NCBI GenBank assembly: GCA_963832745.1
Contig: CAWHVC010000003.1
Location: 160,001 to 224,000 of the forward strand
DNA length: 64,000 nucleotides
Direction of reading: 5' to 3'
Origin: Candidatus Bathyarchaeota archaeon
Lineage (GTDB): Archaea > Thermoproteota > Bathyarchaeia > Bathyarchaeales > Bathycorpusculaceae
In this document: piece after piece, positions 50,996 through 60,386 of the stretch
Position numbering within the stretch: the first letter of the stretch is position 1
Layout: each line of letters begins with the position of its first letter
Translations under genes and position numbers: made by a program
Notes under the pieces: generated by a model
Seen by the model: the letters and a program-made list of their open reading frames with translations, nothing else
Database searches by the model: none
What the model was told of the DNA's origin: nothing

Positions 50996-51472
50996 TTATT
51001 TGATTACCTCGATTGTCACATACGAGCGTGTGTCTTCTATACCGTCAATATTGTAGAGTTTTTTAAGAACATCATCAAGATTTTCACGTTCAACCATGAT
51101 TAAAGCGTCAACTTCGCCTGCAATACGGAAAGCCCTAGAAATTGCCATCTGATGAATTTGCTCATAAACATGGATACGTTTTATTGGCGAAATTTTTAGG
51201 AGAATAAAAGCAGGTGTAGATGATACTCCAAGAGCATCAAGACCTTTATCAGTTACATCGATAAAGCCTCTGCCGGTTCTGATGAAGCCGCGGGTTTTTA
51301 GTTTACGCAGGTGAACGTTTAAGGCTTGGCGGCTTATGCCTAGCTGGTTTGATAGTTCATCTTGTTTGACACGAAGAGTGTAGGTGCTGGTTGATCTTCC
51401 TTTCTCATACAACGTTTTTAGGAGTTGAATTGAACGTTTGGTTAATGGTTCCAAAGTCTTCCCTTTTATCAT
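50996..51472 (-). CDS. Lrp/AsnC-family regulator
   Basis: LGISRQALNVHL HTH, RAM domain (IAGEVDA). Confidence 0.85.
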   Translation of the reverse strand: MIKGKTLEPLTKRSIQLLKTLYEKGRSTSTYTLRVKQDELSNQLGISRQALNVHLRKLKTRGFIRTGRGFIDVTDKGLDALGVSSTPAFILLKISPIKRIHVYEQIHQMAISRAFRIAGEVDALIMVERENLDDVLKKLYNIDGIEDTRSYVTIEVIK

Positions 51473-51600
51473 CTTTGTTAACTTAAACCTTTACAATAGT
51501 AGCATTACTTACTTATGAACTTGACTACAGTACAAAAACAAGAAGGTTCCCCAAAAAAAAAGGCAAAACAAAAAAGCAAAAGAAAAGTAGAACAAAAAAT

Positions 51601-52920
51601 TTACGGTGTCAGCCTTACTCTATCCCTCGGGTAAAGGGTCGCTTCACGAATGTTCTTTCTGCCTGAAAGAATCATAGTTAAACGTTCAAGCCCAATAGCC
51701 CATCCAGCATGCGGCGGCATACCCCAATCGAATGCTTGCAAGTGGTACTTGAAAGAAGCAGGGTTTAAGCCTTTTTCTTGCATTCTGCTGATTAACTGAT
51801 CTTTATGTTCAATTCTTGTTCCGCCAGAAACCAACTCGATGTAACGCCACATTAGGTCGAAACCTTCGCAGACTTCAGGGTTGTCTTTGCGTGGTTTAAT
51901 GTAGAAGGTCTTGGCTTTTGATGGCCAATCAGTTACGAAGTAAAAGAATGGGTAAAGTTTGCCCAGTTCCCTGAAAGCTTCCGTTGGAATGTCTTCACCC
52001 CAAGGGATTACTACGCCGTGTTCTTTGAGGCTTTCAAGAACCTCAGTGTAGGTTAAACGTTTGAATGGAAGCGCTGGAACTTCAAATTTGTACTTGAGTA
52101 AATGCAGCTCGTTTTGGCATTTCTCTTTAACCGTCACAAAGGCATGGTGTATAACTTGTTCAAGAAGCACCATCACGTCATCAGCATTAGCGAAAGCCTG
52201 CTCAATATCTACGCTAGTGAATTCGCTTAAGTGCCGTCGAGTGTGAGATTCTTCTGCTCGGAAGAATGGACCAACCTCAAAGACTTTTTCCATGCTCATG
52301 GTTAACTGTTCCTTGTAGAGCTGGGGGCTCTGTGCAAGGTAAGCGGTTTGGTCAAAATATTTTACGCTGAAAAGTTCTGCGCCGCCTTCTGTTGCAGAAG
52401 CGATGATTCTTGGAGTGTGAACTTCAAGGTAACCTTTCTCGAAAAGGAAACTGCGGATTGCTTGCAGTGCAATGTGCTGGATTTTGAATACTGCAAGGGA
52501 GGTCTCGGTCGTTAAGTCAAGTGCTCTTGCGTCGAGACGTGCTTCAATGTTTGCCGGTGTTTTGCCGGTTATGTCAATTGGCAGTTGCTCGACGGCTGTG
52601 TTTAAAAGTTTGATTTGTGTTGGGATGACTTCTATGCCACGTGTGGTCATGTTGGTTTTTTTGACTGTACCTTTTACGGCTATGCTGAAGCGTTTTTGTA
52701 AAAGGTCAGATTTCTGCAAAACTTCAGGTGCCACACGTTTTTTGGGTATAGTGATTTGTATGGTACCTGTGCTGTCTTGCATGATTATGAAACGGATGCC
52801 GCCAAGGTCACGAACTTCCTGTACCCACCCAAACAGGGTAACCTCTTGCGTGTCTAAGTCTGGAGAAACCTTGTTGATGTTGTGTGTTCTTGTCCAGTCT
52901 CCAATGAAGTCCATGTTCAT
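51601..52920 (-). CDS. aspS: Archaeal-type aspartyl-tRNA synthetase
   Basis: RDLGG, QSPQLYKE, FRAE, PPHAGWAIGLERL, PRD. Confidence 0.95.
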   Translation of the reverse strand: MNMDFIGDWTRTHNINKVSPDLDTQEVTLFGWVQEVRDLGGIRFIIMQDSTGTIQITIPKKRVAPEVLQKSDLLQKRFSIAVKGTVKKTNMTTRGIEVIPTQIKLLNTAVEQLPIDITGKTPANIEARLDARALDLTTETSLAVFKIQHIALQAIRSFLFEKGYLEVHTPRIIASATEGGAELFSVKYFDQTAYLAQSPQLYKEQLTMSMEKVFEVGPFFRAEESHTRRHLSEFTSVDIEQAFANADDVMVLLEQVIHHAFVTVKEKCQNELHLLKYKFEVPALPFKRLTYTEVLESLKEHGVVIPWGEDIPTEAFRELGKLYPFFYFVTDWPSKAKTFYIKPRKDNPEVCEGFDLMWRYIELVSGGTRIEHKDQLISRMQEKGLNPASFKYHLQAFDWGMPPHAGWAIGLERLTMILSGRKNIREATLYPRDRVRLTP

Positions 52921-52934
52921 GGCTGCTTCAACCG

Positions 52935-53444
52935 TTAATCTGCAAATTCAACGCGAATAGACATTTTCCGTACGTTTTGGGCAATTGCTTTAAGTGCCGA
53001 CAGGTCAAATGGCATTTGTTGTCCGCGTTTTCGTTTTAGGATAACTCGGGTTTCGGTTGTTCCGTCTGGAAGCCAAATAGTGTTGATTGTCAGGATGCTG
53101 AAGGGTATAAATAGGTCTTCGAGGAATTTGCGGTCGTCAACGCCGTATTCGAGTATGCGTACGTTTTTGCCTGTTTCGTCGCTGAGTGCTTTGATGATTT
53201 TGCCGCCGTAACCCAGTAAGCGGGGTACGTCGCCGTGTCCGACGAGGATGGCTAAGGTTTTTTCCACATCGATTGCTCTGTAGAAGCAGACGTTTTGAAG
53301 CGTGGGATATTTCTCTTCCAGGTTGAGAAGGAGTCTGGCGATTCTAAGGTCTAAATCGGTTATTTCTCCAGCCTTAACTTTGGCTGAACATTTTTGGCAT
53401 AATATGCCACTTTTTAAGCAGAAACTGCATAGTTCGGTTTTCAT
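52935..53444 (-). CDS. NusA-like KH-domain protein
   Basis: CSFCLKSGILCQKC, GYGGK KH motif. Confidence 0.8.
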   Translation of the reverse strand: MKTELCSFCLKSGILCQKCSAKVKAGEITDLDLRIARLLLNLEEKYPTLQNVCFYRAIDVEKTLAILVGHGDVPRLLGYGGKIIKALSDETGKNVRILEYGVDDRKFLEDLFIPFSILTINTIWLPDGTTETRVILKRKRGQQMPFDLSALKAIAQNVRKMSIRVEFAD

Positions 53445-53511
53445 TTTTGAATCGCCTTCATTTACTGTAAATAGGAGCCTACTGTTTTGGAGCAGGGTGA
53501 GGCTAAGTAAG

Positions 53512-53790
53512 TCAGCGTTGAAGTGTTATTTCAATTGTGCTTACGTTGCTGAGTTGAGCATCCTCGTCTTGAGGTTGAACTTGATCGGTTCCGATTGCGA
53601 TTGCTTTGACTTTTACGTCTGGAAGGAATTTGCGTCTTACAACTTCAGCTACGTCTATTGCTCTGCTGATTGCTTTTCCTCGCGCTTTAATATTTACTTC
53701 TTTAGCTCCGCCATGGAAGAAGGTTATGCAAGCAAGCACATAGTTCATTATTGGTTTTTTGCCGATCAAGACTGCATTAGCTTCTGACAT
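53512..53790 (-). CDS. albA: DNA/RNA-binding protein Alba
   Basis: [25 protein letters not shown]. Confidence 0.97.
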   Translation of the reverse strand: MSEANAVLIGKKPIMNYVLACITFFHGGAKEVNIKARGKAISRAIDVAEVVRRKFLPDVKVKAIAIGTDQVQPQDEDAQLSNVSTIEITLQR

Positions 53791-54022
53791 GGCTTTAGCT
53801 TTACTCCTAAATTAACATTTTAAGATGCGGTTTAGTAGCTTTTTTTCCGAACATAAATACATTGTGGTGCAAGATGTTTCTTCTGGCTTATAAAAAGCAA
53901 GTCGATGCCTACCTCAACTAAAATTAATTCCAAGCTTACTTAATAACGTGACATGCATAATCAAAAAACTATTCACTGGCCCAATTTTTAACATACTATG
54001 GCTCAAAAATCCGTCAATACCA

Positions 54023-54077
54023 ACCTACCCCCCCCCTTAGGTTTCTGCAATGATTTTCTAATAGGCGGCAAATAGGC
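54023..54077 (+). repeat. Dispersed intergenic repeat, copy 4 (degenerate)
   Basis: CCTAC(C)nTTAGGTTTCTGCAATGATTTTCTAATAGG. Confidence 0.65.
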
Positions 54078-54170
54078 TGGTTGAAGCTTTTTGCGTTGAG
54101 GGCAAGTTTTATTTTAGGATAAAGCCTTTATCAAGTTAATACACTACTTTCTTTTAGGAAGAAACTAAAG

Positions 54171-54995
54171 ATGAGCACTCAACCCGACTGGTTTAAAATC
54201 TTAACCGATTGCAAAAACAACGTTGAAAAAGCAATAAAACCACACCTAGAAACCATACATGAACCGCTACCTGACCTTGGCAAAGGAGCAGGCGGAGACG
54301 CAATGAAACCCGCAGACTTAGCCGCAGAAAAAGCCATCGTGGACACCCTGCAAAGCCACGGGATTTCGTTCTCTCTGATTAGTGAAGAATCAGGCTTCGT
54401 AAATTATGGCAGCCATCCAGAAGACTGCTACATCACCATTGACCCAATAGATGGCACAACCAACTTCCTAAGAGGCCTACCGTTTTATGCTTCATCTATT
54501 GCTGTTTCAAGAAAACCAGTCATGAAGGAAGTTTACGCAGCCTTAGTCACCGACCTGTACCATGATATTACATATATGGCGCAGGAAGGCAAAGGTGCCT
54601 ACCGTGACGGCGAAAAAATCAAAACTTCACAGGTGGTTTCTCTTCAAGAAGCCGTGCTCGGCATGGACCTTAACACTTACAAGGTTGCAGAAGTCGCGCC
54701 TAAACTAACCAACTTAATTCAGCAGACCAAGCATATTAGGCATTACGGCGCCAACGCGTTGGAGTTGTGCTATGTTGCTAACGGGTTAACTGATGCGTTC
54801 GTGGATATACGGGGAAAACTACGCACTACTGACGTGGCGGCAGGCTTTTTGATTATCAAGGAAGCAGGCGGCTTAGTAACCGGCATGGATAACAAGCCAG
54901 TCAACGTGCCATTAGACCCCAAGCAAACGTTGAAGTTTGTAGCGTCAGGCAACACTAAAATCCATGAGACAATCCTTGGATTGGTCAAACCCTAA
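54171..54995 (+). CDS. Inositol monophosphatase / FBPase family
   Basis: SEE, DPIDGTTN, RTTDVAAG. Confidence 0.92.
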   Translation: MSTQPDWFKILTDCKNNVEKAIKPHLETIHEPLPDLGKGAGGDAMKPADLAAEKAIVDTLQSHGISFSLISEESGFVNYGSHPEDCYITIDPIDGTTNFLRGLPFYASSIAVSRKPVMKEVYAALVTDLYHDITYMAQEGKGAYRDGEKIKTSQVVSLQEAVLGMDLNTYKVAEVAPKLTNLIQQTKHIRHYGANALELCYVANGLTDAFVDIRGKLRTTDVAAGFLIIKEAGGLVTGMDNKPVNVPLDPKQTLKFVASGNTKIHETILGLVKP

Positions 54996-55843
54996 TGCTA
55001 AAACTCCTTTTTCCACACCCTGCGGCTTTAATAAAAACACAAAAAACCAAAACCCTTCTTATCGCTGACCCACATATCGGTTGGGAAAATGAGCTACAAA
55101 AAAAGGGCATTCATATACCAAGTCAAACCATCAAACTTTTCGACAAACTCGCCAGTCTAATCACCCAATACACGCCCGATAGCCTCATAGTTTTGGGCGA
55201 CGTCAAATATACTGTAATGAAAACAGAACCCGGTGAATGGCATGACATCCCAGACTTTTTTAACAAACTCTCAAACATCATCAAAGATATATCAATTGTC
55301 CGAGGAAACCATGACGCCAACTTAGAGCCGCTTCTGCCTGAAAACGTCAAAATGCTTCCTGCGACAGGCGCTGTTGTGGGTGACGTGGGGGTTTTTCACG
55401 GGCACAAGTGGCCTTCACCAGAGCTTTTGAAATGCAAAACGTTAGTTATGGGGCACCTACATCCTGTAGTTGTGTTTCGTGACCCAGCGGGTTTTAAGAT
55501 TACACGGCAAGTTTGGATGAAAGCAAACTGTGAAACGGAAGCTTTGACAAGGGTTTTTTTGGAGAAGCACAACGTAAAAGTTGAAGATTCCGTTGAGCAG
55601 GCGCTTATGCGGAATTATGGATTCAAAGCTAAAACATCAGAGCTGTTGATTATTCCCAGTTTTAACGATTTCCTTGGCGGCAGACCAATAAATGAAACTC
55701 ACCCCAAAAGAGAATCTGGCGGCGAAGGCTTGATTGGTCCAGTATTGCGTTCTGAAGCAGTTGATGTTGCTCGTTCGGAGCTTTACTTACTTGACGGCAC
55801 CTATTTAGGAACTTTAAATCAGCTAAAAACGGTTCAACACTGA
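54995..55843 (+). CDS. Calcineurin-like metallophosphoesterase
   Basis: ADPHIG, LGDVK, GNHD, HGH, GHLHP. Confidence 0.9.
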   Translation: MLKLLFPHPAALIKTQKTKTLLIADPHIGWENELQKKGIHIPSQTIKLFDKLASLITQYTPDSLIVLGDVKYTVMKTEPGEWHDIPDFFNKLSNIIKDISIVRGNHDANLEPLLPENVKMLPATGAVVGDVGVFHGHKWPSPELLKCKTLVMGHLHPVVVFRDPAGFKITRQVWMKANCETEALTRVFLEKHNVKVEDSVEQALMRNYGFKAKTSELLIIPSFNDFLGGRPINETHPKRESGGEGLIGPVLRSEAVDVARSELYLLDGTYLGTLNQLKTVQH

Positions 55844-55907
55844 ACTTTTTGCATATAATTCGAGCTTGAAACGGTTTATTGAGCGTAAAGTTAAACATTA
55901 GGCTTGA

Positions 55908-57236
55908 TTGATTGAAAAAGGGACCTTAATGCAGGAAAGAAGAGAGAAGAGGCAATTAAGAAAAGAAATAAGGCAAAGAAAACGACGGGTAGATGGTGAC
56001 CTGTCAGAGTCAATTTTACTCTCTCTTCTAAAAGAAGGACCCTTAAACCTTGACGAGCTTGAAAAAGCTACAGCATTACACACGGTCGATTTTAGCCAAT
56101 ATGCTCAACGCCAAAGGGTAGAGCCACAAAACGTTCAAGTTTGCTGCGGAGACCTTGTCAGCAGACAATTAATACAGCTTAACAGTGAAGCAAAATACGA
56201 GTTAACAGACAAAGGCAAAGCCAACGCTCAAGAAAACGCTTGGGCAATGGAAAAAGGCGCTGCCATGCTTGAAAACCAATTCTTAAGCCCCTCCGCAACC
56301 GCCAGAAACACCATCATCGGCTATATCATCATGTCAGTTTTGAAGTTGTTTGTTGGGTTATTAGGTGGCAGCGTAGGCTTGATTGCAGACGGCGCAGACA
56401 CCACAGTTGACACGATTGCATCTGGAATTGTTTGGTGTGGTATAAAATTCAAAAAAGAAGTAGTAGGTACAATAACGGTTATCGTTTTGATGTTTTTTAC
56501 TTCAATCACGCTTGCCGTGGAGTCGGTAACGTCTGTTATTGAAAGCTTTGAAGGCTCATTTCCGCCGATGTCTATGCCATATTTAGTGATAATTATTGAG
56601 CTTATCGCGTTACTGACAGCATTTATTTTCTCCACTTATCAGCGTTATGTGGGCAGAAGAAGCCAAAACTTTTCTTTGCTGTCCCAATCGGTTGACTCAA
56701 AAAACAGCATGTACTCCGCCGCAGCCGTAATAGTCGGCGCAGTCTTTTCAATTTTTGGCATCCACTGGGTAGACGCAATCGTCGGCGGCATCATTGCAGT
56801 AAGAATCTCAATCGACGGCGTAGACTTAACACGCCAAACCATACGCTCCTTAAAAGGAGAAAAACCAGACTACAGCCAATTCAAACTACCCTTTGAAAAG
56901 CAAATTGAGACAAGAAGAATGGAAACCTACCGAAACTGGGTGCTATACATCGTTAAAAATGAAAAACAAGCCACAAAAGAGGCGATTGTAACGTCTCTTT
57001 GGAAGACTTTCAAGCCAAGCTATATGCCAGCCGTGTTTACTGAATTCACGGTGGGTAAAGATTTTGATTTCAAAACTAACTTTGATAAAATTGTCCAACC
57101 GCTTATCGAAAACTGTTACCTGCAAGAAACAGACGGGACATACTTTTTGACGGAAACCGGAAAAACGTACCTTAAAGACTTGATAGACTCGGCAAGATAC
57201 CGACGTGAAAGCTACCCATACCAACTGAGGAGGTAG
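55908..57236 (+). CDS. Cation diffusion facilitator membrane domain flanked by two winged-helix-like domains
   Basis: LKLFVG..GSVGLIADGAD, WVDAI; YELTDKG and YFLTETG wing motifs. Confidence 0.72.
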   Translation: MIEKGTLMQERREKRQLRKEIRQRKRRVDGDLSESILLSLLKEGPLNLDELEKATALHTVDFSQYAQRQRVEPQNVQVCCGDLVSRQLIQLNSEAKYELTDKGKANAQENAWAMEKGAAMLENQFLSPSATARNTIIGYIIMSVLKLFVGLLGGSVGLIADGADTTVDTIASGIVWCGIKFKKEVVGTITVIVLMFFTSITLAVESVTSVIESFEGSFPPMSMPYLVIIIELIALLTAFIFSTYQRYVGRRSQNFSLLSQSVDSKNSMYSAAAVIVGAVFSIFGIHWVDAIVGGIIAVRISIDGVDLTRQTIRSLKGEKPDYSQFKLPFEKQIETRRMETYRNWVLYIVKNEKQATKEAIVTSLWKTFKPSYMPAVFTEFTVGKDFDFKTNFDKIVQPLIENCYLQETDGTYFLTETGKTYLKDLIDSARYRRESYPYQLRR

Positions 57237-57309
57237 CCATTTAAAGCATTCAGGCTCGTGCATAAAATTTATTGGATTGAAACCCTCCCTTTAACGTGGT
57301 GAGTATATT

Positions 57310-57909
57310 TTGTCTTCAGAGAATAACGATGATTTTCCAGAATGGTTCAAAAAGCGACGCTCTCAATCTAAAGACCCATTCTTTGGCGACATAGACAACA
57401 TGTTTCGTGAAATGGAGAAAATGATGGAAGACGAATTCAAAAACTTCCAAGACAAGGTTCCCAAAGAATACGTTAAAGAGCGTAAACTGCCGGATGGAAG
57501 CACCGTTAAAGAGTTGGGACCATTCGTGTATGGTTACAGTATGAAAATTGGTCCCGACGGCAAACCAGACATACAAGAGTTTGGAAACCTCAAAAAGAGC
57601 TTAAAAGGCCCCGAAATCAAAGAAGAACGTGAACCACTCGTTGATGTAATAGATAACGCAAACGAAATTCATGTGGTGGTTGAATTACCGGGGGTTGAGA
57701 AAACGGACATTAAGCTTTACGGTACCGATGATTCCTTGACCATTTCGGTTGATACGCCACAGTACAAGTACTACAAGGATGTTGAGTTACCCACAAAAGT
57801 CCAAGTTAAAGAGGCAAAATCAACCTACAAAAACGGCGTTTTAGAAGTTGTTATCCCAAAGATTGAGCCGTCAAGTAATCCTAAAGGCGAACCAATCAAC
57901 ATTAACTAA
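57310..57909 (+). CDS. hsp20: Small heat shock protein Hsp20
   Basis: GPFVYGYS, REPLVDV, ELPGV, YKNGVLEV. Confidence 0.95.
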   Translation: MSSENNDDFPEWFKKRRSQSKDPFFGDIDNMFREMEKMMEDEFKNFQDKVPKEYVKERKLPDGSTVKELGPFVYGYSMKIGPDGKPDIQEFGNLKKSLKGPEIKEEREPLVDVIDNANEIHVVVELPGVEKTDIKLYGTDDSLTISVDTPQYKYYKDVELPTKVQVKEAKSTYKNGVLEVVIPKIEPSSNPKGEPININ

Positions 57910-57959
57910 ACTAAAAGCCTAAATTCTCCATGTTTTCATAGATAAATGCGTGTAAACTG

Positions 57960-58370
57960 TTGATTGATAACTCTGAAATAGAAACCTTAAACGCTATTTG
58001 CAGGCAAGCTAAAGCAGCGGGCAAACTGTCAGGCGAAAACATTAACGAACTTTATGACCTATTTGGGCAACGCTTCACTAAAGCCTTAGACACGCTTAAG
58101 GATAACAGAGTTAAAAAGTACATTTTCAAACCCAGTATGCGGGTTGTCTGGATTGTTATTGGTCGGGAACGAGACTACTTGATTATGCCGGAAGCGGAAT
58201 ACTGCACATGCGATGACTTCTATTTTAGAGTGCTCGACAAAAAGGTTCACATGTGTTATCACCTTTTTGCTCAAAAAATCGCACAGAACCTAGGCTGGTT
58301 TGAAACCATTGAAGCAAATGACGAAAGCTACGGCATGTTGATGAATGAGTGGAAAAAAGCTACACCTTAA
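57960..58370 (+). CDS. SWIM zinc-finger protein
   Basis: CTCDDF..CYH. Confidence 0.85.
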   Translation: MIDNSEIETLNAICRQAKAAGKLSGENINELYDLFGQRFTKALDTLKDNRVKKYIFKPSMRVVWIVIGRERDYLIMPEAEYCTCDDFYFRVLDKKVHMCYHLFAQKIAQNLGWFETIEANDESYGMLMNEWKKATP

Positions 58371-58414
58371 ATATTTAGATGTTACAAGAATAGGTAAACA
58401 CAAGGAGAATCTCG

Positions 58415-58540
58415 ATGGATCTAAGTGCGTATTTCACAATATTGCAGTATCTCTTGATGGGTGCAACTGCTGTAGTTTTACTGTTAATCTTCCTTTACGT
58501 ATACTACGGTAAAGATGAAGAGAAAGAAGAAAAAGAGTAA
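58415..58540 (+). CDS. Small single-TM protein (41 aa), not in ORF track
   Basis: AGGAG RBS; MDLSAYFTILQYLLMGATAVVLLLIFLYVYYGKDEEKEEKE; T-tract after stop. Confidence 0.65.
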   Translation: MDLSAYFTILQYLLMGATAVVLLLIFLYVYYGKDEEKEEKE

Positions 58541-58546
58541 ATTTTT

Positions 58547-58888
58547 TTAACTTATTACTCTTCTTGTTCTTCGCGAATAGATAAAGAATAAAACGAACAT
58601 TACAACTGCAAGTGTGACGCTAATTATTATAAGCCAATTTGAATCAGGCCCTGCCCCAAACACGATGGGAATTGGACCAATAAAAACAACTCCGCCCACA
58701 CTGCCAGAACCACCCCAATTAAGGATTGACGCAGCAACCAAGACAACTAACCCCACGAAAACCAACGTGAAACCCACCATTAACAGGTTAAACAATCTGC
58801 TAGAAACAGTGACACCACCCGATTGACCATCGTCTGGCTGCTCTTGATTTTCAAACACAATTTTTACCTCAACATCAAATAATACCAT
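58547..58888 (-). CDS. DUF131 membrane protein
   Basis: GGVVFIGPIPIVFG. Confidence 0.85.
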   Translation of the reverse strand: MVLFDVEVKIVFENQEQPDDGQSGGVTVSSRLFNLLMVGFTLVFVGLVVLVAASILNWGGSGSVGGVVFIGPIPIVFGAGPDSNWLIIISVTLAVVMFVLFFIYSRRTRRVIS

Positions 58889-59127
58889 ACCACAAGCATA
58901 ATTGTCAGGGCTAACGCAAGCGCCACCACAGTTTTTACGGATTTCTTGTCAGTACCAAAAATTATCGGGATTGGCCCAATCATTATTACGCCTGCAGCTT
59001 TCACTTTGCCTTTTTCGCCTTCATTTTTACCTGATTTACCGGCTGAAACCAAAATGGAAACTACCACAATTATAACTCCAACTGCGATAAGGATGAATGC
59101 GACCATGTAAAGCGTAGAGAAATCCAT
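58864..59127 (-). CDS. DUF131 membrane protein (tandem paralog)
   Basis: AGVIMIGPIPIIFGTD; start moved to ATG 59127. Confidence 0.85.
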   Translation of the reverse strand: MDFSTLYMVAFILIAVGVIIVVVSILVSAGKSGKNEGEKGKVKAAGVIMIGPIPIIFGTDKKSVKTVVALALALTIMLVVWYYLMLR

Positions 59128-59231
59128 TCTGCTCAGAATACTTTGCTTTCTGGGTTTTAATAAACTTAGCCAAAAAACTCTTTTTGAACGTAAACTATAA
59201 ACAAGCAGAACACCTATTCCGTGCAGAGCAG

Positions 59232-60386
59232 ATGACAACCCAAGAAATTATCCAAGCTATACTTGCCAAACATCCAGAATTGTCTGAAGAACAAATACAA
59301 GAAACTCTCATACAGGAAAGGGCTCGTTCAGGCGGTTTGCTAGGCGACGAAACGATTCTACGACTTATAGCCGCAAGATATAGCGTCGAAGTTACACAAC
59401 AGAAAACAGAATTCAGCGGGATTTTGTCATCTGGACGCTTGTTTGCAGGTTTGAATGATGTTTCGGTTGAAGGCAGATTGGTTGCTGTTTTTCCTGCACG
59501 TAGCTTTAACGGCGGCGAAAAAAGCGGCAAATTCGCAAACTTGATGATTGTTGATGATGACAGCATTTTACGCGTGGTTCTGTGGAATGAAAAAGCGGAT
59601 GCTGTTGAGAGTGGCGAGTTGAAGGCTGGCCAAATCGTTAAACTTCTGCATGGATATACACGGGATGACCGTTACGGCAAGGTTGAGTTGCATTTAGGCA
59701 ATAAAAGCAAAATTGAAATCAACGAAAACCCGCAAACCAACTATCCAGGCGTGGAAAAGTTTGCTTCAAAAATAAGCGAAATAACCAACACTTTTAGCAA
59801 TGTACATTTGGCGGGCATGGTGAAAGAAGTGTTTGGTTCAAACACGTTCACTAAGGGCGACGGCACAGAAGGCAAAGTTATGCGTTTCACACTCTCAGAT
59901 GGTTCAGCAGAAACCACGGTTGTTGTTTGGAACGGCAAAGTTGACGAGTTAGAACGCCAACTTAAACCCAAAGCCTGCATGCACTTAATTAACGGTAAAG
60001 TTAAAGAAATGGAAAGCAGCGGTTTTGAGGTACACGTTGACTCAACAAGCTTTGTGCAGATTCAACCGGTTGCGCTTCAATTAACCAAACTTGGGAACCT
60101 AAAAGAGGGCGACGTTGTTAACGTGGAAGGCGACGTCTCAAACGTTGACCCCATAAAAGAAGTAACCACCGGCAAAGGCGAACAAATCAAACTGTTGACC
60201 TTTGAGTTAAAAGACGAAACGGGTTCAGTACGAGTTTCAGTTTGGCGTAACCAAGCTGAACAACTCAGTAACCTAAAACTTAGCGATGAAGTTACAATAG
60301 AAAACGCGTTTGTTAAGAAAGGGTATGGAAATAAAGTGGAGTTATCCACTCGAAGCGGAACCCAATTTACGGTTAAACCTATTTAA
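59232..60386 (+). CDS. rpa: Replication protein A (three OB folds)
   Basis: Repeated D..G..RVVLW OB motifs; N-terminal helical domain. Confidence 0.85.
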   Translation: MTTQEIIQAILAKHPELSEEQIQETLIQERARSGGLLGDETILRLIAARYSVEVTQQKTEFSGILSSGRLFAGLNDVSVEGRLVAVFPARSFNGGEKSGKFANLMIVDDDSILRVVLWNEKADAVESGELKAGQIVKLLHGYTRDDRYGKVELHLGNKSKIEINENPQTNYPGVEKFASKISEITNTFSNVHLAGMVKEVFGSNTFTKGDGTEGKVMRFTLSDGSAETTVVVWNGKVDELERQLKPKACMHLINGKVKEMESSGFEVHVDSTSFVQIQPVALQLTKLGNLKEGDVVNVEGDVSNVDPIKEVTTGKGEQIKLLTFELKDETGSVRVSVWRNQAEQLSNLKLSDEVTIENAFVKKGYGNKVELSTRSGTQFTVKPI

